Positions 63,316 to 64,000 of a DNA stretch of 64,000 nucleotides are shown here, one piece after another (the stretch's first letter is position 1; every line of letters starts with the position of its first letter). The notes under the pieces are model-generated. The model was not told the DNA's origin. It ran no database searches and saw only the letters and a program-made list of their open reading frames with translations. Where the stretch lies: NCBI GenBank assembly GCA_949297145.1, contig CASFQO010000013.1, forward strand, positions 18,768 through 82,767, given 5' to 3'. The position numbers and the translations under genes were made by a program. This stretch comes from an uncultured Alphaproteobacteria bacterium. GTDB lineage: Bacteria > Pseudomonadota > Alphaproteobacteria > RF32 > CAG-239.

Positions 63316-64000
63316 TTAAGCGTTTTCTACATTTTCAAATGTGTTATCAGATGATGCAACGACATCGTCAACTTTAACGCCTTGTGCTGCAACTTCTGCT
63401 TGCATACCATCCAAAATGGCTGATGACATCAATTCACAGTACAATTGAATTGCACGAATTGCATCATCATTTCCCGGTACAGGATAATCTACATCATTCG
63501 GATTTGCATTTGTATCGGTAATGCCAATTACAGGAATACCCAATTTTTTAGCTTCTTTGATGGCTAATGCTTCTTTCGGAGTGTCAATTACGAACAATAA
63601 ATCCGGTTGACCACCCATGTTTTTAATACCATCCAAAGAAAGAGCAAGCTTTTCTTGTTCTTTTTTGATGTTTTGCATTTCTTTTTTGGTGTACCCTTCG
63701 TATGCGTTCTTTTCTTCCATTTCGTTTAATTTAACGAGACGGTTGATTGACTTGTTAACTGTCTTCCAGTTGGTCAACATACCACCTAACCAACGATAGT
63801 TAACATAGTACTGTCCACATCTTTCAGCACTTTCTTTAACAATATCTTGTGCTTGACGTTTGGTTGCGACGAACAATACTTTTCCGCCTTTTGCTGCAAC
63901 GTCACGTGCTACTGCCAATGCTGTATACAACATTGGATATGTCTTTTGAAGGTCTATAATGTGAACATTATCTTTTTTACCATAAATGTATGGTGCCATT
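63316..64000 (-). CDS. rpsB: 30S ribosomal protein S2 (5' end beyond the right edge)
   Basis: APYIYGKKDNVHIIDLQKT...LFVATKRQAQ...RWLGGMLTNW. The Met at 63999 is internal in S2 homologs, so the gene is truncated by the window. Confidence 0.95.
   Translation of the reverse strand, partial: MAPYIYGKKDNVHIIDLQKTYPMLYTALAVARDVAAKGGKVLFVATKRQAQDIVKESAERCGQYYVNYRWLGGMLTNWKTVNKSINRLVKLNEMEEKNAYEGYTKKEMQNIKKEQEKLALSLDGIKNMGGQPDLLFVIDTPKEALAIKEAKKLGIPVIGITDTNANPNDVDYPVPGNDDAIRAIQLYCELMSSAILDGMQAEVAAQGVKVDDVVASSDNTFENVENA

Noticed and set aside
1-64000. CRISPR arrays, rRNA operons, transposases, integrases, prophage genes
   Set aside because: I saw no regularly spaced direct repeats. No ORF had recombinase, transposase or phage structural motifs. 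The two tRNAs are not flanked by an integrase or by obvious att-like duplications.

Overview
An AT-rich chromosomal window from a Gram-negative bacterium, with about 65 protein genes, 2 tRNAs, and no rRNA, CRISPR array, transposase or integrase that I could find. It is probably a low-GC alphaproteobacterium: it carries RpoH sigma-32 with an RpoH box, DUF4167 downstream of prmC, an Ala/Lys-tailed S16, and DUF4402 proteins.

Housekeeping blocks:
- ffh-rpsP-rimM-trmD-rplS
- rpsB-tsf
- pyrG-secG-tpiA
- ppiD-like, fmt, tRNA-Leu, tig
- prfC, asnS, rpoH, prmC, gpsA, nfo, tyrA

Accessory content:
- A polysaccharide glycosyltransferase operon at the left edge.
- A ygiW-qseB-qseC-like operon with a PmrA/QseB-type direct-repeat box, next to a porin.
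- An NAD salvage trio (NadM-like NMNAT, nicotinamidase-like, nadE) plus two sirtuin paralogs.

Observations worth a second look, in rough order of interest:
1. A five-gene chaperone-usher-like fibre locus built from DUF4402-type subunits, with an oversized atypical usher (25.1-31.1 kb).
2. Inside that locus, a 24/23-nt inverted repeat brackets a 104-bp promoter-bearing segment. This could be an invertible switch or a long-range RNA stem.
3. A 153-aa protein with an ADP-ribosyl-cyclase/CD38-like motif set, overlapping a membrane metallophosphoesterase gene.
4. A shared MerR-style promoter/operator with a 19-bp spacer in front of two operons 17 kb apart.
5. A membrane metallophosphoesterase-DUF362-DUF1893 triple fusion.
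6. A triple-repeat gene split by an A8 tract.
7. A KH-domain gene broken by an in-frame TAG, probably also by a frameshift.
8. A promoter plus terminator leader upstream of ffh.

All family assignments come from motif recognition by eye; no searches were run. Start codons were moved from the ORF track where its N-terminal extension looked spurious.
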